A DNA stretch of 64,000 bases from Camelus ferus (Eukaryota), in assembly GCF_009834535.1 (NCBI RefSeq), contig NC_045697.1, positions 21,764,001-21,828,000 on the forward strand, written 5' to 3'. A program made the position numbers and the translations under genes. This document shows, one piece after another, positions 62,088 through 64,000 of this stretch. The notes beneath the pieces are model-generated. The model saw nothing but the letters and a program-made list of their open reading frames with translations. It had not been told where the DNA came from and made no database searches. The stretch's first letter is position 1; every line of letters starts with the position of its first letter.

Positions 62088-63977
62088 TATACTACCAAAA
62101 GCCACATAGATTCAATGCAATCCTTATCAAGATACCAGTGCTGTTTTTTTTTTTCACAGCAGTAGAAAAGCACTCCTAAAATTTATATATAACCACAAAA
62201 GATCCTAGATAGCCAAAGAAATCCTGGGAAAGAAGAACAAAGCAGGAGGCATCACACCTGATTTCAAGCTATGTTGTGAAGCTATAGTCATCAAAAGAAT
62301 ATGGCACTGGCACAAAACAGACAAACAGACCAATGGAACAGAGTTGAGAGCCCAGAAGTAAACCCAAACATATACGGTCAACTAATATTTGACAAGGGAA
62401 CCAAGAATACTAAATGGAGAAAAGACAGTCTTCAGTAAATGGTCTGGGTTAATTTGATAGTCACATGTAAAAGAATAGACCTGTATCTTAATGGATTAAA
62501 GGCTTAAATGTAAAACTTGAAACCATAAAACTAGAAGAAAACAGGAATAAATCTCCTTGACATAAGTCTCAGTAAGAATTTTTTGGATAAAACACCTAAA
62601 GCACAAGCAACAAAATGAAAAATAAACAAGTGAAACTACATCAAACTGAAAAGCCTCTGGACAGTAAAAGTAACCAGCAATAAAGTAAAAAGACAACCTA
62701 CAGAATAGGAAAAATATCTGCAAACCATTTATCTGATAAGGGCTTAATATCTAAAATATATGAAGAACTCAAACAATTCAATACCAATCCCCCTTCCACA
62801 CCCGGCCAAATAACCCAACTGAAAAATGGGCAAAGGATCTGAATAGGCATTTCTCCAGAGAAGATACATGAAAGCTCAACAGCTACATGGAAAGATGCTC
62901 AGTGTCACCAGTTATTATGAAAATGCAAACTACTTTTTATTTTTATTGAAGTATAGTCAGTTTACAATGTTGTGTTAATTTCTGGTGTACAGCATAGTGA
63001 TTCAGCTATATATATATATATATTTTGAAAGTGCAAATTAAAACCACAATGAGATATTACCTCATAACCATTAGAATGATCCTCATCAAAAAGACAAGAA
63101 ATAGTAAATAATACCATAGATGTGGAGAAAGGGAACTCTTGTGCACTGTTGGTGGAATGGTAAATTAGTGCAGCCACTATGGACAATAGTAAAGAGGAGT
63201 CTCAAAAAATTAAAAATAGAGCTACCATATGATCCAGCAATTCCATTACTGGGTATTTATCCATAGGAAACAAAAACACTAACTTGAAAGTTATCTGCAT
63301 GCTCAGAGCATCATTATTAACAATATCCAAGACATGGAAACAAGCTAGGTAGATGCCCATTATGATAAAGTTATGATATATGTGTGTGTATACACACACA
63401 CACACACAATCACAATGGAAGATTATTCAGCCAAAAAAAAAAAAAAAAAAAAAAAAGAAAATCCTACCATTTGTGAGAAAATGGATAAACCCTGAAGGCA
63501 TCATGCTAAGTAAGTATGTCAGACAGATTTATGCGGGATCTAGAGAAAAAAAAAAACTTACAGAAAAAAAGATCAGACTGGGTGGTTACCAGAGGTGAAG
63601 GGTGGGAGGAGGGAAAACTAGAGGAAAGTGGTCAAAAGTTCAGATTTCTAGTTATAAGATAAATAAGTGCCAGGGATATAATATAATGTAAAACATAATA
63701 AATATAAGCAATACTGGGTGTATGATATATAGGAAAGTCATTGAGAGTAAATCCTAGAGTTGTCATCACAAGGAGAAATTTTTTCTTTCTTTTCTTTTTA
63801 TTGCATCTATATGAGATGGATACTAGCTGCAACTATTGTGGTAATCATTTCACAATATATGTAAATCAAACCATCATAGTATATGCCTTAAACTTAAATA
63901 GTGATATATGTTAATTATTTCTCAATAAAACTGGGAAATATAAAATACATTAGCAAAAACCTAAAAAAAAAAAAAAT
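62088..63977 (+). mobile_element. 5'-truncated L1 (ORF2 3' third, 3' UTR and A tail)
   Basis: agattcaatgcaatccttatcaagatacc; gaccaatggaacagagttgagagcccaga; ccatatgatccagcaattcc; ctcaataaaactggg; disrupted frame. Confidence 0.95.
62933..63025 (-). mobile_element. 93-bp L1 3' terminus nested in the older L1
   Basis: tttttattgaagtatagtcagtttacaatgttgtgttaatttctggtgtacagcatagtgattcag; TSD TGAAA(A/G)TGCAAA(C/T)TA at 62918-62932 and 63026-63040. Confidence 0.9.
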
Positions 63978-64000
63978 AGAGGGTTAAAGATATTTTGTAA

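Noticed and set aside
22897..63025. Minus-strand bias of young SINE/L1 insertions as evidence of a plus-strand host gene
   Set aside because: Too few elements, and large L1s lie on the + strand; not significant.
1..64000. CRISPR arrays, operons, prokaryotic defence systems, CpG-island promoter, rRNA, endogenous viral coding sequence
   Set aside because: None seen; the sequence is repeat-rich, CpG-depleted mammalian non-coding DNA with only solo LTRs.

Overview
AT-rich, CpG-poor placental-mammal genomic DNA, most likely from a camelid. Three tRNA-Ala(AGC)-derived SINEs match my recollection of the camelid Vic-1 family, and there are no primate Alu or ruminant Bov-tA/BovB-like elements. The window looks intronic or intergenic, and roughly half of it is recognisable transposon relics. 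These include a decayed 5'-intact L1 (about 6.9-12.1 kb) carrying an ERV1-type solo LTR, many L1 3' ends of different ages, L2, MIR, MaLR (MLT1) and ERVL (LTR16/33-like) LTRs, small DNA-transposon relics and microsatellites. I recognise no protein-coding gene, RNA gene or CRISPR array. The listed ORFs are short chance frames, microsatellite read-throughs or L1 remnants. I found no convincing new biological system. The observations most worth checking are a SINE with an L1 3' terminus inside one target-site duplication (49.7 kb), a perfect 30-bp palindrome next to a hairpin (0.3 kb), a SOX-motif cluster (53.1 kb), and weak phase-compatible minus-strand exon candidates. Repeat subfamily names come from memory of consensus sequences. 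Boundaries are approximate unless TSDs are quoted.
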